Shown: positions 54,263 through 64,000 of the stretch, in pieces
Layout of the letters: every line of letters starts with the position of its first letter
How positions within the stretch are numbered: the stretch's first letter is position 1
Origin: an uncultured Gemmatimonadales bacterium
GTDB taxonomy: Bacteria > Gemmatimonadota > Gemmatimonadetes > Gemmatimonadales > GWC2-71-9
Direction of reading: 5' to 3'
DNA: 64,000 bases
Assembly: GCA_963825055.1 (NCBI GenBank)
Contig: CAWGSK010000012.1
Coordinates: 544,001 to 608,000, forward strand
Made by a program: the position numbers and the translations under genes
Notes under the pieces: generated by a model
What the model was told of the DNA's origin: nothing
The model's database searches: none
The model's input: only the letters and a program-made list of their open reading frames with translations

Positions 54263-57200
54263 CTACGGCCTGCCGTCGTCGATCCGTTGAATTCCGACCT
54301 TCACCGTATGGCCCTCGATGTTGACATCCTGCTCGGCCTCGCCCGGGCTCCCTGCCCCGAAGGTCAGCCGCCGCGCCAGCGTTTCCTGCTGAATGAACGC
54401 CCCGTGGGCCCGCGCCGCCTCCACCACCGGCTCCGGCCCCTCGATGGCGAGCGCGATCCGCGTGGTGTACTCGAGGCCGGCGTCCTTGCGCAGCCGCTGG
54501 ACGTGGTGCACCAGCTCGCGCGCCATGCCCTCCTGCCGGAGCTCGTTGCTGAGCGCGGGGTCCAGCGCTGCCACGAACGGCCCGTCACTCTGGACGACCC
54601 AGTCGCTCGTGACCTCCCGCTCCACGGTCACGTCCTCCGGGAGGAACTCGAGGGCGCCGTCCGCGTGCTCCACCGCGACCGCCTCGCCGCCCTCGAGACG
54701 ACGGAGCTCCGCCGACCCCAGCGCCGACGCCACCTCCGCGACGGCCGGCGTGCGCTTGCCGTACCGCTTCCCCAGGGAGCGGAAGTTCGGTCGCGCCCGC
54801 AGGCGGACCAGGTCGGCGTCGGAATGGACGACTTCCACCGCCTTCACGTTCACTTCCCGGCAGACGAGATCCAGCAGCGCGTCAAAGTCCGGCCCCCGGA
54901 CCTGCTCCGGCACGGCGACCTGCAGGCGCGCCAGGGGCTGCCGGACCCGGAGGTTCACCGACTCCCGGCCTGCGCGCGCCAGCGAAGCGAGCCGCCTGGC
55001 GCCGTCCATCGCGGCATCGAGGGCGGGGTCGCCGCGGTCGCGTGGGACGGGGAAACGCGCGAGGTGCACGCTCTCCCCCGTCAGCGCGCGGTGCATCCAG
55101 TCCGTCAGGAACGGCGCGGCCGGCGCCAGCAGCCGTGCCACGGTCTCCAGTACCTCGCGCAGGGTGGCAACCGCAGCGGCATCGGGCTCGCGATCCGGTG
55201 CCCAGAAGCGCGCGCGGTTGATCCGCACGTACCAGTTCGACACATCCTGGTCCACGAAATCCATGATGGCCCGGACACCGCCCGTGGCGTCGTAGGACCC
55301 CCACGCGTCCCGGACCGCCGTCACGGTCGCGTCGAGCCGGCTCAGGATCCAGCGGTCACTGATCTCCGTCGCACCGCCGGGCACATCGGGGACATCGGCC
55401 GGCGCGTACCGCGCAAAGAACTCGTAGGTATTCCTGAGCCGGTTCAGGAAGCCGCCCACGAATTCCTGGATGCCGGCGGCATCGAACCGCTTGGGCAGCC
55501 AGACCTGGCTCGAGGCCAGGAGATACAGCCGGACCGCGTCCGCACCGAACCGTCCGAGGACGTCCCACGGGTCGACCACGTTGCCGCGGGACTTGGACAT
55601 CTTCTGGCCCTCGGCATCCAGCACCAGGCCGTTCACGATCACGTTGCGGTACGCCGGCTGGTCGAAGGCGCAGGTCGCGATCGCGAGCAGCGAGTAGAAC
55701 CACCCCCGGGTCTGGTCCACGCCCTCGCAGATGAAGTCCGCGGGGAAGTGCCGGGCGAATTCCGTCTCGTGCTCGAACGGGTAGTGCCACTGGCCGTAGG
55801 GCATGCTCCCCGAGTCGAACCAGGTATCGATAACCTCGGGAGTGCGCCGCATGGTGCCGCCGCAGTCGCAGGCCCAGGTGTACCCGTCAATGAACGGCTT
55901 GTGCGGGTCGAAGTCGTCCGGCAGCGCACGGCCCCAGCGCTCCGCCAGCCTGGCGTAGCTGCCGATGACCTCGACATGCTCCGCATCCCGGTCGCACACC
56001 CAGACCGGCAGGGGCGTACCCCAGTAGCGGTCACGCGAGAGGGCCCAGTCCACGTTGTTCTCGAGCCACTCCCCGAAGCGGCCACTCCCCATTTCAGGGG
56101 GATGCCAGTCCACGGCCCGGTTGTGCGCCAGCATCCGGTCCTTCATGGCCGACGTCCGCACGAACCACGAGTCCCTGGCGTAGTAAATCAGCGGGCTGCG
56201 GCAGCGCCAGCAGTGCGGGTAGCTGTGCCGGTGCTCCTGGGCGAGGTGGAACCGGCCGTCGGCCTTGAGCCGGTCGATGATCAGCCGGTTCGTGTCCCGG
56301 TCGGTCACCAGGAGGCCCTCGATCGCGGGCCACCGCGTCCCATGGAAAGTGCCGTCGGCCGCGACCGGACGCGCGAGCGCCAGGCCGTGCTCCTGCCCCG
56401 CGGCGAAATCGTCCGCGCCGAAAGCCGGCGCGAGGTGTACGAGACCGCTCCCGTCTTCCGCGGTCACGAACGCGCCGGGGACTACCTCCGCCGCCTTTCC
56501 CTCGGGCAGGTCGACCACGTCGAGCGGACGGGTGTAGCGCTTCCCGACGAGTGCGCGGCCCGGGAAGGTGGCCGAGGCCCCGATCTCGGCGAACCTCGGG
56601 GCGCCCTTTGCCGCCGAGCTCGGCAGGGCCGCCCGCGCGGTGGCCAGGATGAGCCGCCGCCCGTCGACCTCGTACTCCCCGTATTCCATGTCCGGATGCA
56701 CCGCGACCGCGACGTTCGAGAGCAGGGTCCACGGCGTCGTGGTCCACACCAGGAGCTGCCGGGAGGGATCGTCCTCGAGCGGGAAGGTCACGTACACCGA
56801 GGTCGTCGAGATATCCTCGTAGCCCTGGGCAAGCTCGTGACTGGACAGTACCGTGCCGCAGCGCGGACAGTACGGGAGTACCCGGTGGCCCCGCGTGAGG
56901 AGGTCCCGCTCGAACAGGCGGTGCAGCAGCCACCAGACCGTCTCGACGTAGGAATTCGCATACGTGATGTACGGGTGCCCATAGTCGAGCCAGTACGCGA
57001 TCCGGTCGGACAACTCCTCCCACTCGGACTGGTAGCGGAAGACACTCTCACGGCAGAGGGCATTGAAGCGCTCCACGCCGTAGGCCTCGATATCCTGCTT
57101 GCCCTTCAGCTGGAGCTGTTTCTCGACCTCGATTTCCACCGGCAGGCCGTGTGTGTCCCATCCGGCGATCCGGGTGACCGACTCGCCCTGCATGGCGTGG

Positions 57201-57418
57201 AAACGGCAGACCATGTCCTTGATGGTCCGGGAGAACACGTGGTGGATCCCGGGACGGCCGTTGGCGGTGGGCGGCCCCTCGTAGAACACGAACGGCGGCC
57301 CGTCACGGGTGGCGTCGAGCGTGCGGTGGAAGAGGTCTTCCTCCTTCCAGCGCTCGAGCAGGCTCCGCTCGAAAGCATCGGCCCCGCCCTGGGGCCAGAG
57401 GGGCCAGGCGGTACTCAT
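54263..57418 (-). CDS. ileS: Isoleucine--tRNA ligase, type 2
   Basis: FYEGPPTANG, GIHH (HIGH variant), GWDTHGLPVE, WTTTPWTL, SRDRYWGTP, EGVDQTRGWFY, KMSKS, EGMARE C-terminal domain. Confidence 0.97.
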   Translation of the reverse strand: MSTAWPLWPQGGADAFERSLLERWKEEDLFHRTLDATRDGPPFVFYEGPPTANGRPGIHHVFSRTIKDMVCRFHAMQGESVTRIAGWDTHGLPVEIEVEKQLQLKGKQDIEAYGVERFNALCRESVFRYQSEWEELSDRIAYWLDYGHPYITYANSYVETVWWLLHRLFERDLLTRGHRVLPYCPRCGTVLSSHELAQGYEDISTTSVYVTFPLEDDPSRQLLVWTTTPWTLLSNVAVAVHPDMEYGEYEVDGRRLILATARAALPSSAAKGAPRFAEIGASATFPGRALVGKRYTRPLDVVDLPEGKAAEVVPGAFVTAEDGSGLVHLAPAFGADDFAAGQEHGLALARPVAADGTFHGTRWPAIEGLLVTDRDTNRLIIDRLKADGRFHLAQEHRHSYPHCWRCRSPLIYYARDSWFVRTSAMKDRMLAHNRAVDWHPPEMGSGRFGEWLENNVDWALSRDRYWGTPLPVWVCDRDAEHVEVIGSYARLAERWGRALPDDFDPHKPFIDGYTWACDCGGTMRRTPEVIDTWFDSGSMPYGQWHYPFEHETEFARHFPADFICEGVDQTRGWFYSLLAIATCAFDQPAYRNVIVNGLVLDAEGQKMSKSRGNVVDPWDVLGRFGADAVRLYLLASSQVWLPKRFDAAGIQEFVGGFLNRLRNTYEFFARYAPADVPDVPGGATEISDRWILSRLDATVTAVRDAWGSYDATGGVRAIMDFVDQDVSNWYVRINRARFWAPDREPDAAAVATLREVLETVARLLAPAAPFLTDWMHRALTGESVHLARFPVPRDRGDPALDAAMDGARRLASLARAGRESVNLRVRQPLARLQVAVPEQVRGPDFDALLDLVCREVNVKAVEVVHSDADLVRLRARPNFRSLGKRYGKRTPAVAEVASALGSAELRRLEGGEAVAVEHADGALEFLPEDVTVEREVTSDWVVQSDGPFVAALDPALSNELRQEGMARELVHHVQRLRKDAGLEYTTRIALAIEGPEPVVEAARAHGAFIQQETLARRLTFGAGSPGEAEQDVNIEGHTVKVGIQRIDDGRP

Positions 57419-58245
57419 GCCCCCAGCTCCCCCACCACCGCCCGGACCAGCCGGCGCAGGTGGGGCTCCGCGCCTGCCGCGGCGGCCAGGATCGCCTCCA
57501 GCGAGGCCGGCTCCAGGGCGTCAGGCAGGCACCGGTCTGTGATCACGGTGATGCCCAGCAGCCGCATGCCGGCCTGGACCCCCGCCAGCGCTTCGGGCAC
57601 CACGGACATTCCCACCACGTCCGCGCCGCTCGCGCGGAGCCAGCGGTACTCCGCGCGGGTTTCGAGGCTCGGGCCGAGCACGGCCGCGTAGATCCCCTCC
57701 CGGAGCGTGATGCCGAGGCGCGTGGCGTGTGCGCGCGCCGCGGTCCGAAGCCCGCCATCCCATGCATCGGTGAGGTCGGGAAACCGCTCGCCCAGGACGG
57801 GATCGTGCGCGCCCCCGAGCGGCGTGGTACCCATGAGGTTCAGGTGATCCGCCAGGAGAACAAGATCGCCGGCCTCCCAGAGCGGATGCATCCCGCCGCA
57901 GGCTCCCGTGAGAACCAGCGTGTCCGCGCCCAGCGCGGCGAGGACGCGCACCGGCCAGGTGGAGGTGGCGGCATCCCAGCCCTCATACTGGTGCCCGCGG
58001 CCTTCGAGCACCGCCACCGGGGTCCCGTCGAGTCGTCCGAGCAGGAACCTCCCGGCATGGCCCGCCACCGCGGTGTGGGGAAAGCCCGGGATGGCATCGT
58101 ACGACATGGCGACCACCTCGGTGAGGTCGTCCGCGATACCGCCGAGGCCGGTGCCCAGCACCAGGCCCGCGCGCGGACGCAGGTCGGACTGCGCGCGGAT
58201 TCCGGCCACGGCATCCTGGAGGCGGGCAGCGACGGCAGTGCTCAC
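57415..58245 (-). CDS. Purine nucleoside phosphorylase (trimeric PNP/MTAP family)
   Basis: LVLGTGLG, GHAG, GRGHQYEG, DHLN, GPSLETRAE, GADVVGMS..PE, VITD; GTG start inferred. Confidence 0.9.
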   Translation of the reverse strand: MSTAVAARLQDAVAGIRAQSDLRPRAGLVLGTGLGGIADDLTEVVAMSYDAIPGFPHTAVAGHAGRFLLGRLDGTPVAVLEGRGHQYEGWDAATSTWPVRVLAALGADTLVLTGACGGMHPLWEAGDLVLLADHLNLMGTTPLGGAHDPVLGERFPDLTDAWDGGLRTAARAHATRLGITLREGIYAAVLGPSLETRAEYRWLRASGADVVGMSVVPEALAGVQAGMRLLGITVITDRCLPDALEPASLEAILAAAAGAEPHLRRLVRAVVGELGA

Positions 58246-58252
58246 GACGGCC

Positions 58253-58768
58253 TCAGGCCCCCTGGCCCCGGAGGATCTCAGTCTGTGCGCCAGCCGACTG
58301 CTGGGCATGTGCCTCGAGCCCCTCGACCTCGCCGAGCTGGCGCTCGAGGAGCGCGCGGAAGTTCGAGAGATAGGAGGCAAAGCGGCGCGCGGCCTGGTCC
58401 ACCCGCTCCCGCACCAGCCGCTCCTCCTGCTGGACCTCGTGCAACTGGCGCAGCGCCTCGCTCTTGGCCTCGCGGATGATGGACTCGGCCTCCCGGTCGG
58501 CGATCTCCTTCACCTCGGCGCGCAGCTGCTGGGCCGCGATGAGGGCGTCGTTCATGGCCCGCTCGCGGTCGCGGAAGGCGCGGAGCTGCTCCTGCATGTT
58601 GCGCAGGCGCTCCTCCCAGTGCGCGCGCTCCCGAAGCAGGCGCTCGATCTCGGCGCTGACCCGCTCCTTGAACTCGTCGACCTGGTGCCGGTTGTAGCCA
58701 CGGACGCCGACCTGGAATTCCTGGGCGCGCACGTCATGTGGTGTGAGATGGAACGCGTCATCCGTCAT
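58253..58768 (-). CDS. divIVA: DivIVA-domain protein
   Basis: LTPHDVRAQEF...RGYNRHQVDEF, long coiled coil, ALIAAQ...A.REAESIIREA. Confidence 0.88.
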   Translation of the reverse strand: MTDDAFHLTPHDVRAQEFQVGVRGYNRHQVDEFKERVSAEIERLLRERAHWEERLRNMQEQLRAFRDRERAMNDALIAAQQLRAEVKEIADREAESIIREAKSEALRQLHEVQQEERLVRERVDQAARRFASYLSNFRALLERQLGEVEGLEAHAQQSAGAQTEILRGQGA

Positions 58769-59447
58769 GCTGGCGTTCTCCGAAAAGCACAGTTCCAAGG
58801 CGGACCAGAGTGGCCCCCTCCTCGACAGCGACCGCAAAGTCGTCGGACATACCCATGGACAGTTCCGGGAGCTGATCCCCCCGGGTGGCGGCCTCGTCCC
58901 GGAGACGGCGCAGCAGCCCGAAGGTCCGGCGCTGTTCCGCCTCGTCCGCGCCGAAAGCGGCCATGGTCATCAGCCCCCTGGCGGAGAGGTGCGCCATCGG
59001 ACGCAGTGCCTCGAGCAGCGCGGGCAGCGCCTCCGGTTCCACCCCACCCTTCTGCGGCTCGCTGGAGCAGTTCACCTGCACCAGCACCTCCTGCCGGCCC
59101 GAGGCCACCCGGCGGTCCAGTTCCAGCGCCAGCTCCAGCCGGTCCAGCGAGTGGATCAGGGAAAAGCGACCCACCACCTGACGCGCCTTCCGGCGCTGCA
59201 GTGTCCCGATCAGGTGCCAGGCGACCGGCAGGCCGGCCAGCTCATCCTGCTTCGCCAGCGCCTCCTGTACGCGGTTCTCCCCGACGTCCTCCAGCCCCGC
59301 CTCCAACGCGGCGCGGACCGCCTCGGGGCCGTGCGTCTTGGTGACGGCCACCACGCGGACGGGGCGGGTCCAGCCACCCCGGGCGCGGCGATCCTCGATC
59401 ACCCCGCGCACATGGGCCAACCGGGCCGGGAGATCGGGGAAATACAT
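58758..59447 (-). CDS. yggS: PLP homeostasis protein YggS/PLPBP
   Basis: VAVTK, GENRVQE, WHLIGTLQ, HSLD, QVNCS.E..KGG, GLMTM, LSMGMSDDF, GATLVRLGT. Confidence 0.95.
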   Translation of the reverse strand: MYFPDLPARLAHVRGVIEDRRARGGWTRPVRVVAVTKTHGPEAVRAALEAGLEDVGENRVQEALAKQDELAGLPVAWHLIGTLQRRKARQVVGRFSLIHSLDRLELALELDRRVASGRQEVLVQVNCSSEPQKGGVEPEALPALLEALRPMAHLSARGLMTMAAFGADEAEQRRTFGLLRRLRDEAATRGDQLPELSMGMSDDFAVAVEEGATLVRLGTVLFGERQHDG

Positions 59448-59493
59448 AGCCTTACAATTTAGCTAAGCCGGGGAGTGAATTGAAGATGCGGGC

Positions 59494-61873
59494 TCAGGGC
59501 GTGTCGGGGGCCTGGCGGGGGCCGGCGTCTTCCGCCCGCCGGATCAGGGAACGCAGCGCGGGATCGGCGGCAAGGTGGGCAGCGCGCTCGAGGTTCCGCG
59601 TGGCCTCTTCGAGGTTTCCGCGGTCGCCCCAGGCCCAGGCGAGCTGGGTGAACGGGAGGCTCAGGTTCCACGCGATACCTCGGCTCGTGGGATCGAGTTC
59701 GCCGATCTCGCCCTCGAAGATGTGCCCGTAGCGAAACGTCTCCCAGAGCAGGCGCTGCGTGGTCGGGACGTCGAGCAGGACTCCGGCGACCCGCCGCGCG
59801 TCCACGTCGGGGCTGGTGCTGTCAACCACCGCGCCCTGGAGATGGTATCCCAGACCGCGCTGGAGAAGCCAGGGGGCGAGCCCGTGGAAATTCCGGCCGG
59901 TGGTGAGGCTCAGGACGACTGGACGGCGACCGGCGTTCTGTTGCAGGACCTTGATCTCCAGCACCTCGCCCGGATAGATCGGCGTCTCCGCCGGGATCAC
60001 GTAGGTGCCCGCGCCGACCCGGGTGGTCAGGTCGCGGGGGAGCATCGTCGGGGTGATGGCATCGATCTCCCGGTCGGTGAGTGTGTGCAGCGGGAAATCG
60101 GGGGGCACGGGATTCCGCCCCTGCCAGATGGCCGGCGCGGCGGCCTCGTCAAACGGCCGGACAGGATAGTCCCTGAGTTGCTTCATGTACCAGGGCGTGT
60201 TCGCCAGGGCGAGGCAGACGACGGTCACGTCACGCCTGACCCCCGCCACCTCCTGCGCCCACCAGAGCGGGAAGGTGTCGTTGTCCCCGAAGGTGAAGAG
60301 CACACCGTATGGCGGAACGGAATTGAGCACGTCGTAGGCAAAATCGGCGGCGAGGGTGGCGTCGGGCCCCTGCCGCCGGCCCGCCGACCGGAAGTTGAGC
60401 GCGAAGGGGATGAGGGCGAGCCCCAGCACGCCGAACCCCGCCGCCCGCCGCGCGGCCCCACCGCCCAGCAGGCCTCCCGCCCACCGGGCCAGACCCATCC
60501 CCGCCCAGAGCCCCCAGATGATGAAGCTCACCACAAAGAAATAGTCCCGCTCGCGCACCTCGTGATCCGCCCCCGATGGCCACCGGTCGTAGAAGATGCT
60601 GTATCCCGGGCGGAAATTCATGTACAGCACGAGGCCGATGCCCGTGACCAGGAAGATGCCGAAGAGAAGCCAGAAGCCCGCCGGATCCGACCTGCGATGC
60701 AGGAAGAGGCCGGTGATGCCCAGCGATCCCATCGCCATCGTGAAGAGCGTGTGCCAGGGCAGGGTCCCGAACGGCAGGGGCAGGCCTCCCTGCACATCGC
60801 GGGCCCACTGCCAGTCGAAATACTGGATGTAGTTGGCCGTCTGCGCGCCGAGCATGACGAGCGAGCGTCCCGGATTGTCGGGGCCGTGCAGCCGGTTCGG
60901 ATCGTCGAGCGGCGTGCGCACCGGATACTGGGCGCGCCGGATGACGTCGAGCAGCGCGTCGAAGTTGTCGGGCTGGGCCTCATTGATGACGGGATGCTGC
61001 CCCGCCCGGATGTAGAGGTAGCCGTAGGACGTGATGCCGACGCCGGCCACCAGCAGCGCGAGCAGGGCAAATACGGCCGATTGCCTGAGCGCGGCAAACA
61101 CCGCGGCCGCCAGGAAGAGCACTCCCCCGACCACCATGAGCGCGGTGTTCCCGAGCCCGGTTCCGATTACGAGGGCCCAGACCCCCGCGAGCACGGCGAG
61201 CCGGCTCCATTCCCGGCGCGCGATCACGGGATTCCCGGCGGGTTCCTTCCAGAGCGTGACCCCGATGAACAGCATCACGCCCGGGCCCCGCGAGCAGCGA
61301 CAGGAGGTGGTTGCCGATGGACGCGCCGGCGAGATAGACGATCAGGAACAGGATCCGCGCGGAGGCCGGCGTCCCCCGGCGGCGGCGCCAGACGAGGCAG
61401 AGCCACGCCATGGCCGCGGCGACGAACGTGGCGACGGAGTAGACCTCGGTTTCGTTCGAGTTCTGCCACGCCGTAAATGTGAACGCCGCCAGCACGACAG
61501 CCGCCATCGCGCCGCCGGTGCGGACCCATCGCGCCGCCGCGGGTGGCGCCTCGCGGGTGGCGCGGGTGAGGGCCTCGTGTACCACCAGGAACCAGCACCC
61601 CGCAGCTGCCGCGCTGAAGAGCGCCGTGAGCAGGTTCAGGCGCCACGCGAACTCGCCGAACGGGATGATCGAGCCCCAGACGTGCGCCAGCAGGACGAAC
61701 AGCGGCGTCCCCGGTGGATGGGGAATGCCGAGGATTTTCGAGGCCGCGATGAGTTCCCCCGCATCCCAGAACGTGACGGTCGGCGCGAGCGTGAACACGT
61801 AGCCCGCGAGAACCACGAGCCCGCTGGCGAGGGCGCCCTTCCAGGGAATGGGTGTTTCGGCGGCGTCAGTCAT
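59494..61873 (-). pseudogene. DUF2723/TMEM260-like multi-pass GT-C-type membrane protein interrupted by a +1 frameshift near 61280 (pseudogene or sequencing error)
   Basis: LAPTVTFWDAGE, GIPHPPGTP, ETEVY, GNH in the 5' frame; EVRERDYFF and GDNDTFPLW in the 3' frame; junction GGG CCC GG(G)C GTG ATG; span 2380 nt = 3n+1. Confidence 0.8.
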
Positions 61874-63065
61874 CGGCGGACGGGTTGGAGGAATCGGCAT
61901 CACGGACGACGGCGGAGGCGAGGGCGAGGGCATCGCGCACGGCGGCGGCATCGTGGACCCGGAAGATGGTCGCGCCCCGCTCCCAGGCCATGGCGCAGGC
62001 AACGGCGGTGACCGGATCGCGCGCCCCGGTTTCCCGCCCGGTGGCCTCGCCCAGGAAGCGCTTCCGGGACGGACCGACGTAGAGCGGTCGTCCGAGGACG
62101 TGCAGCTCCGCGAGCCGGTCGAGCAGCTCCAGGCTCTGGGAGGCCGTCTTGGCGAACCCGAAGCCGGGGTCGAGGACGATCCGGTCCACCTCGATACCCG
62201 CGTGCTCCGCGCGGTCGAGCATTTCCCGGCATTCCTCCAGGATGCCACGGACGGCGTCCACGCCGTAGTCCGTGTCATCGAGCGAGGCCATGCGATCGAC
62301 GGTGCCCCGGCTGTGCATCAGCACGAGCCCCGCGCCGGCCCGCGCGACCGTGCCGCCCATGTCCGGGTCAAGCCGCAGCCCGGAGACATCATTGATGACG
62401 GCCGCGCCCGCGTCCAGCACACGTTCCGCTACTGTGGCTTTCACCGTGTCCACCGCGACGGGGACGCCGGGGTGCTCGCGCACGAGCCGCTCCACGACCG
62501 GCACCACCCGCGACAGTTCCTCCTCGACCGGCACCGGGAGGGCACCGGGCCGGGTGGACTCGCCCCCCACGTCCAGCATCGAGGCGCCGTCGTCGACCAG
62601 CCGCGCCGCGTGAGCGGCGGCGCGTCCGGGGTCCAGATGGAGCCCCCCATCGGAGAAGCTGTCGGGGGTGGCGTTGATGATGCCCGCAATCCGGGGCACA
62701 TCGAGCGACAGGTTCCCTGCGGCGTGACGCCACTGCCGGGGGCGGTCGCCCGGGAGCGCGGCGCCGACCGCGAAGGCCACTTCGGCCAGTTCGGGCGGGA
62801 GCTGCCATGGGCGGCTGAACGCGCCGAAGCGGCTCCGCATCCCCGCCAGGACGACCCAGTCCTCACCCGTCACGAGGTCGATGCCGAGCGACGCCCCCTG
62901 ACGCACGAGGGCCTCGACGCGTTCGGCGTCGAGGCCCGTGACGTGCAGGATGACCGGATCGCAGGCGGCCGCCGTGAGCACAGACCGGTGCGGATCCCAG
63001 CCGTGCCGTTCGAGGGTTTCCCGCACCGCCCGCGGCGAATGCGCCGCGAGTGGAGTGACCCTCAT
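61866..63065 (-). CDS. folP: Dihydropteroate synthase with ~115-aa N-terminal extension
   Basis: GIINATPDSFSDGG, DVGGESTRPG, INDVSG, LMHSRG, DPGFGF, SRKRF, FRVHD. Confidence 0.94.
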   Translation of the reverse strand: MRVTPLAAHSPRAVRETLERHGWDPHRSVLTAAACDPVILHVTGLDAERVEALVRQGASLGIDLVTGEDWVVLAGMRSRFGAFSRPWQLPPELAEVAFAVGAALPGDRPRQWRHAAGNLSLDVPRIAGIINATPDSFSDGGLHLDPGRAAAHAARLVDDGASMLDVGGESTRPGALPVPVEEELSRVVPVVERLVREHPGVPVAVDTVKATVAERVLDAGAAVINDVSGLRLDPDMGGTVARAGAGLVLMHSRGTVDRMASLDDTDYGVDAVRGILEECREMLDRAEHAGIEVDRIVLDPGFGFAKTASQSLELLDRLAELHVLGRPLYVGPSRKRFLGEATGRETGARDPVTAVACAMAWERGATIFRVHDAAAVRDALALASAVVRDADSSNPSADD

Positions 63066-64000
63066 GCCCCCGACGGCTCGGCGGGCGGTGTCCCGAGGAC
63101 GGGCGGCTTGACCGGCGAAGGCTCGGGCCGTGGACGGCGGGCCGGGGCCGGTTCGGCGGGCAGGTCCGCCGGCGCCGGCCGAGGCGGCAGTTCCCTCTTC
63201 TGGATCAGGAGATCCAGATCCTCGCGGTCGATCGTCTCGCGCTCGAGCAGCGCGTTGGCGATCCGATCCAGCAGTTCCCGATGCTCCACGACAAGCCGGC
63301 GGGCCGTGTCGTAGGCCTCGTCGATCAGCCGCTTGACCTCGTCGTCCACCATCTCGGCCGTGCGCTCCGACGTCTCCCGCCGGGTGGCGAACTCCCGCCC
63401 GAGGAAGATTTCCTGCTCAGGGTCGCCCACCGACATGGCACCGATCCGGTCACTCATCCCGAACTGGGTCACCATGCGGCGCGCCAGACTGGTCGCGCGC
63501 TCGATGTCGTTCCCCGCCCCGGTCGTCACCTTCTCCGGCCCGAATACGATCTCCTCGGCGACGCGGCCACCGAAGAACATCGCCAGGCTGCCGATGAGCC
63601 ATTCCTTCGTGTAGTTGTGCCGGTCCACTTCCGGCAGCGAGGCCGTCAGGCCGAGCGCCCGACCACGCGGAACGATGGTGACCTTGTGGATCGGGTCGCT
63701 GCCCGGCGTCATGAGCGCGACCACGGCGTGGCCGGCCTCATGGAACGCGGTGAGCTTCCGCTCGTCCTCGGTGAGCACCAGGCTCCGCCGCTCGACGCCG
63801 AGCATCACCTTGTCCTTGGCATCCTCGAAGTCCACCATATCCACGAGGGACTTGTTCCGCCGCGCGGCGAGGACCGCGGCCTCGTTCACGAGGTTGGCGA
63901 GGTCCGCGCCGGCGAGGCCCGGTGTCCCCTTGGCCAGCACGTCCAGCCGGACGTCGCTGCCGAGCGGAATCTTGCGGGTGTGCACCCGGAGGATGCCCTC
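63062..64000 (-). CDS. ftsH: ATP-dependent zinc metalloprotease FtsH (C-terminal part; runs off the right edge)
   Basis: TPGLAGADLANLVNEAA, TAFHEAGH, PRGRALG, GGRVAEE, TTGAGND, FGMS, LLERET. Confidence 0.96.
   Translation of the reverse strand, partial: EGILRVHTRKIPLGSDVRLDVLAKGTPGLAGADLANLVNEAAVLAARRNKSLVDMVDFEDAKDKVMLGVERRSLVLTEDERKLTAFHEAGHAVVALMTPGSDPIHKVTIVPRGRALGLTASLPEVDRHNYTKEWLIGSLAMFFGGRVAEEIVFGPEKVTTGAGNDIERATSLARRMVTQFGMSDRIGAMSVGDPEQEIFLGREFATRRETSERTAEMVDDEVKRLIDEAYDTARRLVVEHRELLDRIANALLERETIDREDLDLLIQKRELPPRPAPADLPAEPAPARRPRPEPSPVKPPVLGTPPAEPSGA

Noticed and set aside
54248..57691. 1147-aa plus-strand ORF
   Set aside because: Antisense shadow of ileS with no recognisable motifs; long stop-free reverse frames are expected at this GC content
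59456..59483. Possible promoter (TTCAAT-16-TAAATT) giving a leaderless yggS transcript
   Set aside because: Weak -35 and short spacer; plausible but not supportable without TSS data

Overview
A GC-rich, gene-dense bacterial chromosome segment, almost entirely on the minus strand. Gene content and synteny suggest a diderm such as a Gemmatimonadota member (inference, not verified). In transcription order (right to left): ftsH (partial)-folP-DUF2723-like membrane protein (frameshifted)-yggS-divIVA-purine nucleoside phosphorylase-ileS-dksA/traR-lspA-rluD. This runs directly into an ~18 kb, 19-gene signalling operon: cheW-cheY-cheA-cheC-large TPR-DUF4388/TPR-TPR/roadblock-roadblock-mglB-mglA-tandem DnaA-like AAA+ protein-DUF4388/MshEN/TPR-cheR-cheD-cheB-cheW-cheW-TPR-membrane zinc peptidase. 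Next come tRNA-Val, a secreted TPR protein, tRNA-Asp, a dcw cluster lacking mraZ (rsmH to ftsZ), an M23 peptidase, an orphan hisA, a frameshifted vWA-like membrane protein, ftsY and recG. The left end holds a plus-strand trio of exported proteins (BamB/PQQ-like, hypothetical, GWxTD-like), asnS, mazG, alr, DUF1844, deoB, cdd and a partial lipoprotein. The standout is the receptor-less chemosensory cluster. It is interleaved with an MglA/MglB polarity module, MshEN-like c-di-GMP motifs and a protein made of two DnaA AAA+ domains with no DNA-binding domain IV. No CRISPR array, rRNA, integrase or transposase was seen. Family calls come from motif recognition by eye, not database searches.
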